From an uncultured Chloroflexia bacterium (GTDB taxonomy: Bacteria; Chloroflexota; Limnocylindria; Limnocylindrales; CSP1-4), in assembly GCA_963720755.1 (NCBI GenBank), contig CAVRGP010000011.1:416001-480000 (forward strand): DNA of 64,000 nt. The letters are read 5' to 3'. The stretch's first letter is position 1. Each line of letters begins with the position of its first letter. The notes under the pieces are model-generated. The model was not told the DNA's origin. It saw nothing but the letters and a program-made list of their open reading frames with translations, and made no database searches. Below are positions 10,119 through 20,000 of the stretch, piece after piece. The translations under genes and the position numbers were made by a program.

Positions 10119-11027
10119 GTGACGACCGACCGCCTGCGACCGATCCACGTCGTCGCGGTCCTGTTCGTCGGTCTGGCCATCGCCGACCTGTACTGGTCGC
10201 TGACCAGCCAGCCGCCCGACCCGGGCAGCTCAGCCGTCGACCTGGCGAACTACGCGCTCCAGGTCATTCCATCGGTCGTCTCGATCCTGCTGCCGGCGAT
10301 CCTCCTCGTCCGACACCCCGATGCCCCGAGTCGGACGCCGGTCCTCCTGTTCGGCATGGTCCTGCTGGCCGTCGCCCAGGGCCTGGTCATCCTCAACGGC
10401 CAGCTCCAGGACCTCTTCGCGACCCTGACCCCGCCGAGTTCCGACCTGCCGTTCCTGGTCCCGTCGGCGACCATCTTCAACGTCCTGGTCAGCCTGACGA
10501 CCGCCTTCGCCGTGGGGTACCTCGCGTCGGGTCTGACCCAGGCGCGCCGATACGAAGATCGGGGTGCGAGCGTGACCGCCGTCTTCGTCCCGGTGGCCGC
10601 GGTCTTCGCGACGATCGTCGGGGTCGTCTCGGTCGGTCAGATCGACTTCGGGTCGACACCGATGTCACCGACCCTGATCCTCTACCTCGGGGTCTCCATC
10701 GCCCTCGGGGTCCTCCGGATCTCGGTCTGGACTTATCTCGCGGCCACGACCACGCGAGGTTGGGCGGCGGGCGAACGACCGTCGATCGGCTGGCTGCTTG
10801 CCATGATCTCGGCGATGCTGATCGTGCTCGCGCTCGCGATGGTCAACCTGGGAGGCGTCCTCCCGCTCGACGATCCCGCGGTCAACCAGACCTACGGCTA
10901 TGTGATCGTCGGCGCCTACGGGTTCGGGCATCTGGCCCTCCTCGCGGCGTTCGCCGTCGGTCTTCCGGCCCTCGACGACGACGAAGTCGAGGACGAAGAA
11001 GTCGAGGACGAAGAAGTCGAGGACTAG
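10119..11027 (+). CDS. multi-pass membrane protein with acidic C-terminal tail
   Basis: About 8 hydrophobic segments. GTG start directly after the upstream stop. Ends in DEVEDEEVEDEEVED. Confidence 0.75.
   Translation: MTTDRLRPIHVVAVLFVGLAIADLYWSLTSQPPDPGSSAVDLANYALQVIPSVVSILLPAILLVRHPDAPSRTPVLLFGMVLLAVAQGLVILNGQLQDLFATLTPPSSDLPFLVPSATIFNVLVSLTTAFAVGYLASGLTQARRYEDRGASVTAVFVPVAAVFATIVGVVSVGQIDFGSTPMSPTLILYLGVSIALGVLRISVWTYLAATTTRGWAAGERPSIGWLLAMISAMLIVLALAMVNLGGVLPLDDPAVNQTYGYVIVGAYGFGHLALLAAFAVGLPALDDDEVEDEEVEDEEVED
10983..11024 (+). repeat. 15-bp tandem repeat (GAAGTCGAGGACGAA) x~3 encoding the acidic tail
   Basis: Read directly from the sequence. Confidence 0.8.
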
Positions 11028-11623
11028 GCGCGGTCGGTCGGCAGGGCGGCACCGAGGTTGCGCAGGAAATTGAGGCCCTCGTCCACCTGTTCGATGGGTG
11101 CGTATGGGCCCGGCATCAGGAAGCACGGCCGGCCGGCCAGAGCCACCCCGGGGAGCTGGCCCCAGGGTTCTTCGAGTCGTCGCCCGGCCGCGACGGCGGC
11201 ACCACGCTTGTAGATGAACACGATCGCGGCGGGACGCCAGATCGCGGCCTTCTGCCAGAGCGGACCGACGCCCGCGGTGAGCGCGGCATCGGTCGCCTCA
11301 TCGCGCGCCGTCGGTACCTTGATCAGGTCGGTGATGCCGTGTCCCGCCGCGAGCAAGGCGTCATCTGCCGACTCGATCTGGCTGCCGCCCGGGATGATCT
11401 CCGCGGTCATGAGCCGGCGCCAGAACGTGCGGCCGAGGCGGCCCTGATGATAGTGCCCGGCATCGACGCTGACCGGGGAGGGGTTCAGGCCGACGAACAG
11501 GAGTCGATCGCGCAGCGGCGGCAGGTCGGCCAGGGTCACGACGGAGGCGCCGTCGATCTCGATCGTCGCGCGGTGCGGGCCAGGCTCGGGACGCCGAGTC
11601 AGCGCGTCGAAGTCGTCGGTCAC
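11024..11623 (-). CDS. mug: G/U mismatch-specific uracil-DNA glycosylase (MUG/TDG family)
   Basis: LLFVGLNPS..S...GHY, FWRRL, GITDLIKVPT. Confidence 0.8.
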   Translation of the reverse strand: MTDDFDALTRRPEPGPHRATIEIDGASVVTLADLPPLRDRLLFVGLNPSPVSVDAGHYHQGRLGRTFWRRLMTAEIIPGGSQIESADDALLAAGHGITDLIKVPTARDEATDAALTAGVGPLWQKAAIWRPAAIVFIYKRGAAVAAGRRLEEPWGQLPGVALAGRPCFLMPGPYAPIEQVDEGLNFLRNLGAALPTDRA

Positions 11624-11640
11624 GGTCTCCTGGATCGCCC

Positions 11641-11844
11641 TCAGGCGGGTCGGTCGGAGTCGCCGCCGGTCGTCGTGCCCTCGCCGCTGGCACGCGCCTG
11701 GATCTCGGTCTGGGCCTTGCCCGCTTCCGTCTTCGCTTCACGGACGCCTCGCCCGAGCGCTTCGGCGATCCTGGGCATCGTCTTCGGGCCGCGCCACACG
11801 ATCGCGAGGATGAGGATGACCAGGAGGACGGCGAGCAGATCCAT
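11641..11844 (-). CDS. tatA: TatA/E-family twin-arginine translocase subunit
   Basis: N-terminal TM helix followed by WRGPKTMPRIAEALGRGVREAK (variant of FGxxKLP..xxLGxxxREFK). TACCAT lies 6 nt before the ATG. Confidence 0.7.
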   Translation of the reverse strand: MDLLAVLLVILILAIVWRGPKTMPRIAEALGRGVREAKTEAGKAQTEIQARASGEGTTTGGDSDRPA

Positions 11845-11887
11845 GCGGGCATGGTACCCCGCGCGGGAAGCGGTGAGGTGCTCCGGG

Positions 11888-12286
11888 TCAGCGGGGTCGA
11901 CGGGCGACCGGGATGACCAGTCGGAGCGCGGTGTGGGTCGCCGAGAACGAGACGACCTTGTTGTCGACGAGGCCGGCCGCTCGCGCGGCCTCGATGACCT
12001 CCACATCGCGGAGCGTCGCCTGCTTGCCTTTGCGGGATACGACCCAGATGGCCCCCTTGGGTCGGATGCGGCCGGCCAGCGACGCCAGGTGGCTCAGCTC
12101 GTCGGACGAGTCGGCACCGAGGAACACGATGTCGGTGTCCGGCTCGGGCCAGCCGTCGGTGACATCGGTGGTCCGTTCGGCGACCGCTCGTCGGATCCCT
12201 GGGTCGTCGATGTCGAGGAATGCCACGCGCATCCCCGGGCGAACGCCGAGCTTGTCGAGCAGGGGTGTCGTGTAGACGCGTTCCAT
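11888..12286 (-). CDS. DUF3052-like protein
   Basis: YTTPLLDKLGVRPG, GAIWVVSRKG, GLVDNKVVSFSATHTALRLV. Confidence 0.8.
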   Translation of the reverse strand: MERVYTTPLLDKLGVRPGMRVAFLDIDDPGIRRAVAERTTDVTDGWPEPDTDIVFLGADSSDELSHLASLAGRIRPKGAIWVVSRKGKQATLRDVEVIEAARAAGLVDNKVVSFSATHTALRLVIPVARRPR

Positions 12287-12306
12287 CACAGGTATCGTGC
12301 CACGGC

Positions 12307-13200
12307 GTGGGAGCACGACGATCCGAGTCCCCGACGATCGAGCTTCGGGCCGTGGCCGAGCAGCTGGGTTCGAGACTGATCTCGAGCGAGCCGGTTTCCT
12401 GGGGCAATTCGGCCTCGACCTATCGGATCGATCTGGCCGACGGCCGGGCGGTCGCTGCTCGTCGGTCGATCGGACCCGACGCGCTCGCGATGACCGAACG
12501 GCTGGCGGCCGTCATGGCCATGGCCGCCGCCGTGCGATTGCCGATCCCGACGGCAGTCGTCGTCGCCACGGATCCTTCGGTCTGGTTGGTCAGCCCGTGG
12601 ATCGCCGGCGAGACCGGCGCGGCGTGGTTGGGAACGCCGTCGCGGACGATCACCCTCGCCGGTCGGATGGGGTCGCTCGCCCGCCACCTTCGCGGGCTGG
12701 ACCGTCACCTGATGGGCTCAGGGGGTGGGTCACTGATGGTCGATGATGATCCGGCTGGCTTGACGACCGCCCTTCAGGAATTGGCGGGATCGATCTCGGC
12801 GGCCACCCGGATGTCGATCGGTGAGGCGATCGAGCGATCACGCACGGACTCATCCATGGCGCCGATATTCGTGCATGGCGATTTCGCTCCGATCAATGTC
12901 GTCATGGGACCCGATGGCGATATCAGGGCGCTGCTCGATCTAGAGCATGCCGCGCTCGGCGCGCCGCTGGCGGATGCCGCCTGGTGGGGATGGGTTGTTC
13001 GTCACCATCACCCGGAGGCCTGGTCTACGGCCTGGCCGGCCTTCTGTGCCGCCGCCGACATCGACCTCGAGCGCGACCGCGACACGATCCATGCGTTGGT
13101 GATGCGACAGCTACTCGCGAGGGCGGCCGCCGCCGGGATGCCGGATGTCCGATACCGCTGGCTGCACAGGCTGGAGGTCGCCGGCCGCTGGGAACGATGA
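12307..13200 (+). CDS. APH/choline-kinase-like phosphotransferase
   Basis: Brenner motif HGDFAPINV and LLDLE. Start codon uncertain. Confidence 0.75.
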   Translation: MGARRSESPTIELRAVAEQLGSRLISSEPVSWGNSASTYRIDLADGRAVAARRSIGPDALAMTERLAAVMAMAAAVRLPIPTAVVVATDPSVWLVSPWIAGETGAAWLGTPSRTITLAGRMGSLARHLRGLDRHLMGSGGGSLMVDDDPAGLTTALQELAGSISAATRMSIGEAIERSRTDSSMAPIFVHGDFAPINVVMGPDGDIRALLDLEHAALGAPLADAAWWGWVVRHHHPEAWSTAWPAFCAAADIDLERDRDTIHALVMRQLLARAAAAGMPDVRYRWLHRLEVAGRWER

Positions 13201-13260
13201 GTCAGCCGACGTGCGCGATCGCCCGGATCGCGTCATGGACCGGGAAGCCGGTCGTGCCCC

Positions 13261-14029
13261 TCATTTGGATCCGCGCACCCCGCCGTCGACGAACATCCCC
13301 GACCCGAGCACGAACTTCGATTCGTCGGAGGCAAGGAACAGCGCGGCAGCCGCGACGTCCTCGGGTCGACCGAGGTCACCCGTCAGTTGGCGTCGCTTGA
13401 GCGCCTCGAGCCCGGCCACCGGGTCGACGTAGCTTTCCCGGAGGTATCGATCGACGAACGGAGTATGGATCGTGCCCGGCAGGAGGGCGTTCACGCGGAT
13501 CCCGTTCGCTGCGTAGTCGGCCTGCATCTGGCGGGTCAAGGCCAGGACCGCGCCCTTCGATGCGGCGTACGACGCGCGATCGGCCAGGCCGATCTCGGCG
13601 ACGGTCGAGGACATGTTGATGATCGAACCTTGGCCTGCGCTTGATCATCAGGGGCAGGACGGCACGAGCTACGAGGAACACGCCGCGGAGGTTCACCGCG
13701 ATGACCCGGTCCCAGAGCTCGACCGACGTCTCGTGGAGCTTCCCGACGCCCGCGATCCCAGCGTTGTTGAAGAGGACGTCGATCCGTCCGAATCGAGCCA
13801 GAACGTCGCCCGACAACCGCTCGCAACTCTCGGGATCGGTCACGTCGACGGTGAACGCGGCGGCTCCGTCGGTCGGCAACAGCGAGATCGTTCCAGCCGC
13901 GGCTTCGGGGTCGATATCCGCCACCGCGATCTCGGCGCCCTCCGCCGCGAAAGCGATAGCGGAGGCCCGTCCGATGCCCGAGCCGGCACCGGTGATCAGG
14001 CAGACCTTGCCAGTGAGTCGGTCGGTCAC
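13261..14029 (-). pseudogene. SDR oxidoreductase, frameshifted near 13640
   Basis: The 5' half (CLITGAGSGIG, FNNAGI) and the 3' half (GSIINMSS, YAASKGA, RVNALLPG, VDGG) are in different frames. The shift is at ATGATCAAGCGCAGGCCAAGGTTCG. Confidence 0.8.
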
Positions 14030-14480
14030 GATCCGACCCCGAGGGGCGCCGTCGACCATGCCTTCCCGTTCGGATACGCGTATCGCTCGATCGACGCTGA
14101 TTTCATCGTGATGCTGTAGCCGGCTGCCGTCGGGACGACGTATCGGCCCTCCTTGACGATGGCGGGATCGACGAAGTGTTCATGCAGGTGATCGACGTAC
14201 TCGACGACGCGCTCGTCGAGCGAGCCGCTGACCGCGATGTAATCGAAGATGGCCAAGTGCTGGACATACTCGCAGAGACCGACGCCTCCGGCGTGGGGCA
14301 GACGGGGATCCCGAATTTGGCCGCGAGCAAGAGGACCGCGACGATCTCATTGACGCCGCCCAGGCGGCAGCTGTCGACCTGGGCGAAGCCGATGGCCTCG
14401 GCTTGCAAGAACTGCTTGAACATGACTCGGTTGTGGCAGTGCTCCCCGGTCGCGACACGGATGCCGAGCGGCCGCCTCAG
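14026..14480 (-). pseudogene. L-fuconate dehydratase (enolase superfamily) C-terminal remnant, 5'-truncated and frameshifted
   Basis: [39 protein letters not shown][shift][23 protein letters not shown]. One C is missing in a C-run near 14295, and the N-terminal two-thirds are absent. Confidence 0.85.
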
Positions 14481-14587
14481 CCTCGAGCGTCGGGGTTCGA
14501 CCGCACGATCCCGGTCCAGGCCGTGATCTTGGGCGGGACCGCCGCGCTGGCCTGCTGACACGGTCCATCGCCGGTATCGTGCCACGC

Positions 14588-16312
14588 ATGCTCCTCGTGT
14601 ACGGACCCCGCTCCGCGTCCTACGACTTCGGGCCCGGGCATCCGCTCACCCCGAGGCGGTTCGGGCCTGGGATCGACCTTCTCCGCGCGGTCGGCGCGGA
14701 GCCTGGCCTGGCGCCCGAGCCGGCGCCCGACGAGGAGTTGTTGTGGTGCCACCAGCGCCGGTACATCGAGATCGTGAAGCGACTGTCGGCGGACCCGAAC
14801 GGACGACCGGAGGCCGGGATCGGCGCGGCCGGTGACGATCCGCCCTTTGCCGGGATGCACGATGCCGGGGCGACGGTCGCAGGTGGCTCGCTGCGAGGCG
14901 TCGAAGCCATCCTGCGCGGCGACGTCGAGCACGCGTTCCATCCGGGCGGCGGGCTCCACCACGCGATGCCGGCCCGAGCATCAGGGTTCTGCATCTACGA
15001 CGATCCGGCGCTTGCGATCGCCCGGGCGCGACGGGAGGGACTGCGTGTCCTGTACGTGGACCTCGACGTCCACCATGGCGACGGCGTCCAGGCGATCCAT
15101 CGCGACGACCCAGGCGTGCTGACCCTCTCCTTCCACGAGAGCGGGCAGTACCTGTTCCCCGGGACCGGCGGTGTCGAGGAGCTAGGCGACGGCCCCGCGG
15201 CCGCGACCGTCGTCAACGTCCCGCTGGAGCCCTGGACCGGCGAGGAAGCCTGGCTGGCGGCCGTGCGGACGGTCCTGCCCGAAGTGGCCGCGGCGTTCGG
15301 GCCCGACCTGATCGTGTCGCAGCATGGCGCCGACTCGCATGCGTGGGATCCGCTTGCGCATCTGCGGGTCACGACGACGGCGATGGGGGAGGCCGCCCGG
15401 ATCGTGGATCGAGTGGCGCACAGGTACGCCCAGGGTCGGTGGCTGGCGACCGGAGGGGGTGGCTACGATGTCTATCGGGTCGTGCCTCGCAGCTGGAGCC
15501 TTGTCTGGCTCGCCGGGGCCCATCGTGGGGCCCCATCGTCCACCCCGGTGGCGTGGCGTGACCGCTGGGCGCCCGACGCGCGACGGTTCGGTCAGGACCC
15601 GCCACCGGAGCGATTCGAGGATGCGCCGAATGCCGGGGAACCGCGATCGCCCTCACAGGTCGCCGCCGAGGTGGACTCAGCGGTGACCGTGGCCGTCGTC
15701 CGGCAGCTGGTCGTGCCGAGGCTGCTCCGGGTCGCCCGTGACCGTGGTTGGTGGGATCCTCTCGCCGACGCACCGGCCGCGGGTTCCTCGGGCGATGCGC
15801 CTCCTGGCGGATCAACCCCGACGATCATCCCGATCACGGACGGTGCCGCCTGGGCCGGGACCACGCTCGCCGGCGGGGTCATCGCCCCGGCTGATCCTGC
15901 GTCGGGCCATGCGCTGGTCGCGGCGGGACTCGACGACGGTCTCTTCGTCACGACAGCCGTCGTCGGCTCCACGGTCGTCGGTGCCGCGATCTCGCACCGG
16001 CTCGCGTCGAGGGGCCGTTGGACGTTGCTCGCACTCGGCGTCGCGCCGGCTTGGCGTCGGCGCGGACTGGCCGGCCGACTCCTGTCCACCCATGTCGATG
16101 ATCCGCGGTCGGGTGGAAGTGAACACGAAGCCGAGGTCACGGTGGCCGAGCGGGATCCATCCGCCCCGCTCGGTGGCTCGCTTGGACGGACGATCGCCCG
16201 GCGCCTCCTGTCAGACAGCGGGTTCGTGTTCGACGACGTCGCGGAGCCGCTGGTGCGAGCGGCCGACCCGAGTGCCCTGGCCGCGGTTCGCTGGCCTGGC
16301 CTGGTGCCATGA
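14588..16312 (+). CDS. acuC: AcuC/HDAC-family Zn deacetylase fused to a C-terminal GNAT-like domain
   Basis: HDAC motifs [45 protein letters not shown]-terminal [19 protein letters not shown]. Start is ATG 14588 (or GTG 14579). Confidence 0.85.
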   Translation: MLLVYGPRSASYDFGPGHPLTPRRFGPGIDLLRAVGAEPGLAPEPAPDEELLWCHQRRYIEIVKRLSADPNGRPEAGIGAAGDDPPFAGMHDAGATVAGGSLRGVEAILRGDVEHAFHPGGGLHHAMPARASGFCIYDDPALAIARARREGLRVLYVDLDVHHGDGVQAIHRDDPGVLTLSFHESGQYLFPGTGGVEELGDGPAAATVVNVPLEPWTGEEAWLAAVRTVLPEVAAAFGPDLIVSQHGADSHAWDPLAHLRVTTTAMGEAARIVDRVAHRYAQGRWLATGGGGYDVYRVVPRSWSLVWLAGAHRGAPSSTPVAWRDRWAPDARRFGQDPPPERFEDAPNAGEPRSPSQVAAEVDSAVTVAVVRQLVVPRLLRVARDRGWWDPLADAPAAGSSGDAPPGGSTPTIIPITDGAAWAGTTLAGGVIAPADPASGHALVAAGLDDGLFVTTAVVGSTVVGAAISHRLASRGRWTLLALGVAPAWRRRGLAGRLLSTHVDDPRSGGSEHEAEVTVAERDPSAPLGGSLGRTIARRLLSDSGFVFDDVAEPLVRAADPSALAAVRWPGLVP

Positions 16313-17007
16313 CCACCCCGCCCCTTGACGGACTCCCGGCTGAGGACATCGTCGACGTCCGCCTGATCGAAGCGATGCACGCATCGGGTTGTCCGGTGTG
16401 TGCGGTCCGTGCGCGTTCGGAACGCGCGACGCTCGATGCGATCATCAACGAGCGCGTGCTCGACATCGGGTTCCGGGCCGAGCTCGAACGGAAACATGGT
16501 TTCTGCCGCCGGCACGTGGCGGCCCTCGTCGAGACCGACCGTCGCGAGACCGGCGGGATCCTCGGGTCGTCCATCCTGCTCGGCGCCGTCGTGGATCGGC
16601 GGACCGGGGAGCTTGGATCGGCGATCGGTGCGGGTGGTCGGACCGTTCGAGCCCGTGTCCGAGCCGCCCGACGCCGACCCCCATGTCTGGCGTGCACCCA
16701 GGGCGCGACCGGCGTCGATACCGCGATCGCCCGTCTCGCCGCCCGGTCGAGTGACCCCGCCTGGGCCACCGTCATCAGCCGGTCCGAGTTCTGTCTCGAT
16801 GACTTCCTCGCGCTCTGGGAGGAAGCGGCGTCCGAGCGCAGCTTCCAGGCGGTCGCGGAGGCGCAACTCGCCCGGTTCGCCGACCTGCGTCGACGGCTCG
16901 ATGGCTATGCCTACCACTCGAGCCATGACCGACGACACCTGTTGACCGAGGACGAACGGTCCGCGGCCGACGAAGCGACAGACGCCCTCGGCGGCGACCG
17001 GCGCTGA
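16309..17007 (+). CDS. Cys-rich DUF6062-like protein
   Basis: GCPVC, GFCRRH, CLAC and FCLDD motifs. ATGA overlap with the upstream gene. Confidence 0.7.
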   Translation: MTTPPLDGLPAEDIVDVRLIEAMHASGCPVCAVRARSERATLDAIINERVLDIGFRAELERKHGFCRRHVAALVETDRRETGGILGSSILLGAVVDRRTGELGSAIGAGGRTVRARVRAARRRPPCLACTQGATGVDTAIARLAARSSDPAWATVISRSEFCLDDFLALWEEAASERSFQAVAEAQLARFADLRRRLDGYAYHSSHDRRHLLTEDERSAADEATDALGGDRR

Positions 17008-17038
17008 CCGGTCGTTCCGGCCGATCGCCACCACGAAC

Positions 17039-17052
17039 CGAACATCTGGTCG
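17039..17052. promoter_or_regulatory. candidate LexA (SOS) box upstream of lhr
   Basis: CGAAC-ATCT-GGTCG is 1 mismatch from CGAAC-N4-GTTCG. It lies at the -35 position of a promoter whose -10 is TACACT (17071-17076). Confidence 0.6.
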
Positions 17053-17085
17053 AAATCGCGACGCAACGGTTACACTGGTTCACCC

Positions 17086-20000
17086 ATGGTCGCGCCCGTC
17101 CGAGTCTCCGACCCACTCGCGCCGTTCTCACCGGCGGTCCGCGATTGGTTCGCGTCGAGTTTCGAGGCACCGACCGAGGCGCAGGCCCGGGGCTGGGCGG
17201 CCATCTCGAGCGGCCGGCACACGCTCATCCACGCGCCGACCGGGAGTGGCAAGACCCTCGCCGCGTTCCTGTGGTGCCTGGACCGTCTTGCCACGGATCC
17301 CAGTCCGACGCCGACGCGAGAGCATCCGGGGGCCGTCCGGGTCCTGTACGTCTCGCCGCTCAAGGCGCTGACCTACGACATCGAGCGCAACCTCAGGGCG
17401 CCGCTGACCGGGATCGCCCACGCCGCGGCACGCCTCGGCGAAGTCCCACCGGCCATTTCCGTCGCCAGCCGGACCGGCGACACCCCGACCGAGGAGCGGC
17501 GTCAGATCGCCCGGCGTCCGCCGGACATCCTGATCACGACGCCCGAGTCGCTCTACCTGATGCTGACCAGTGCGGCCCGAGAGGTGCTCCGTGCCGTCGA
17601 GTACGTCATCGTCGATGAAGTCCACGCCATCGCCGGATCCAAGCGAGGCGCCCATCTCGCCCTGAGTCTCGAGCGGCTCGATGCGTTGCGCCCCGAGGGC
17701 CGCTCGCCGATCCAGCGGATCGGGCTGTCCGCAACCCAGCGCCCGCTCGACACCATCGCCCGGTTCCTCGGCGGGCTCGGGCCGGACCGGGAGGTGGAGA
17801 TCGTCGATGCGGGCTCGCGCAAGCCATTGGACCTCCAGGTCATCGTCCCGGTGGACGACATGTCGGCGATGGGCGAGGTCCTGCCGCCCGACGAGCGACC
17901 CGGTGGGCCGGCCACCGGCCCGGACGCGCGGACCAGCATCTGGCCGGCCATCCACCCGCGGATCCTCGAGCTCATCCGGGCGCATCGCAGCACGATCGTG
18001 TTCACCAACAGCCGGCGCCTGTCCGAGCGGCTCGCCCAGCGACTCAACGAGCTGGCCGGTGAGGAACTCGTGCGAGCCCACCATGGGAGTGTCGCCAGGG
18101 AGCAGCGGCTGGAGATCGAGGAGGGCCTCAAGGCCGGACGCCTGCCGGCGATCGTCGCGACCTCCAGCCTCGAGCTCGGGATCGACATGGGCGCGGTGGA
18201 CCTGGTCATCCAGGTGGAAAGTCCGACGAGCGTCGCCCGCGGGCTCCAGCGCGTGGGTCGTGCCGGCCACCAGGTCGGGGCGCCCAGCAAGGGCGTGATC
18301 TTCCCGAAGTACCGGGGTGACCTGCTCGAGTGCGCGATCGTGACCCGTCGGATGCACGAAGGCGCCATCGAATCCACCCAGCTGCCGCGCAACCCGCTCG
18401 ACGTCCTCGCCCAGCAGCTCGTGGCGATGACCGTCATGGACAGCTGGTCGGTCGACGACCTGCTCGCTTGCGTCAGCCGGGCGGCGCCATACGAGACCTT
18501 GACGCGCGAGGTCCTGGAAGGTGTGCTCGGCATGCTCGCCGGCGCCTATCCGTCCGATGAATTCGCCGAGTTGAAGCCGCGGATCGTCTGGGATCGGGTG
18601 ACGGACCGCGTCGAGGGTCGGCGCGATGCCCGCGTCGTCGCCGTCACCAGTGGGGGCACGATCCCGGATCGTGGGCTGTTCGGCGTGTTCATGGTCGGCG
18701 AGGCGGGTACGCCCGGGCGACGCGTCGGCGAGCTGGATGAGGAGATGGTCTACGAGCTGCGGGTCGGGATGCATGGTGATGTCATCGTCCTGGGGGCCAG
18801 CAGCTGGCGAGTCGAGGAGATCGGCCGCGACCGGGTCACCGTCAGCCCCGCCCCGGGCGTCCCCGGCAAGTTGCCGTTCTGGCACGGCGATGCCGTCGGG
18901 CGGCCGATCGAACTGGGACGAGCGATGGGCGCCTTCGTCCGGGAGCTCGAGGCGGACCTCGGACGCGGCGTGACGGGTCGCCAAGCCGCCACCGACCGCC
19001 TCCGAGAGTCGCATGACCTGGATGAGCGAGCGGCCGACAACCTGCTGGCCTACCTCGAGGACGAACGCGCCGTCACGAGCGTGCTGCCGACCGACCGGCG
19101 GATCGTCGTGGAACGGTTCCGCGACGAGCTCGGGGACTGGCGGCTGTGCCTGCTGACGCCGTTCGGCGGACGCGTCCACGCGCCGTGGGCCCTGGCCCTG
19201 GAGGCGCGGATCGGGGAACGGCTCGGGCTGGAGGTCCAGACCATCTGGTCCGACGATGGGATCGCGATCCGTCTGCCGGAAGGGGACGCGCCGCTCGATG
19301 GCATCGAAGCGCTGCTGTTCCCCGACGCCGGCGAGATCGAGGACCTGGTCGTCGGCCGCCTGGCCACCTCCGCCCTGTTCGCCAGCCGGTTCCGGGAGAA
19401 CGCCGGCCGCGCTCTCCTGCTCCCGAGGCGACGGCCGGGGACGCGCACGCCGCTCTGGCAGCAACGCCAGCGTGCGGCCGATCTGCTCGCGGTCGCGTCC
19501 CGCTACGGCTCGTTCCCGATCCTGGTCGAGACCTATCGTGAGTGCCTGTCCGACGTCTTCGACTTGCCCGCACTGCGGGAGATCATGGCCGGCGTCGCCA
19601 GCCGGGAGATCGCCGTGCACGCGATCGAGACGGCCTCGGCGTCGCCCTTCGCATCGAGCCTCATGTTCGACTATGTCGCCGCCTACATGTACGACGGCGA
19701 CACGCCGCTGGCCGAGCGTCGCGCGGGCGCCCTGACGCTCGATCGAGATCTGCTCCGCGAGCTGCTCGGGCAAGAGGAGCTGCGCGAGCTGATCGATCCG
19801 GACGCGCTGGCCGACCTCGAGCTGTCGCTCCAGGCGTTGATCGACGAGCGGCGGGCGGCGACGATCGATGGCGTCCACGACCTGCTTCGACGGCTCGGCG
19901 ACCTGTCTTCGCCGGAGATCGCCGCCCGCGTCGAAGGCGGCGCGGAGGTGGCCGACGCGTGGCTCGACGAACTGGCTTCTGCACGGCGGATCGTCCGCAC

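Noticed and set aside
10983-11024. EEVED tail resembling the eukaryotic EEVD TPR-binding motif
   Set aside because: Simply explained by slippage of a 15-bp unit, with no supporting context.
13620-13660. Programmed frameshift in the SDR gene
   Set aside because: There is no slippery heptamer, and the adjacent gene is also broken. Decay or sequencing error is more likely.
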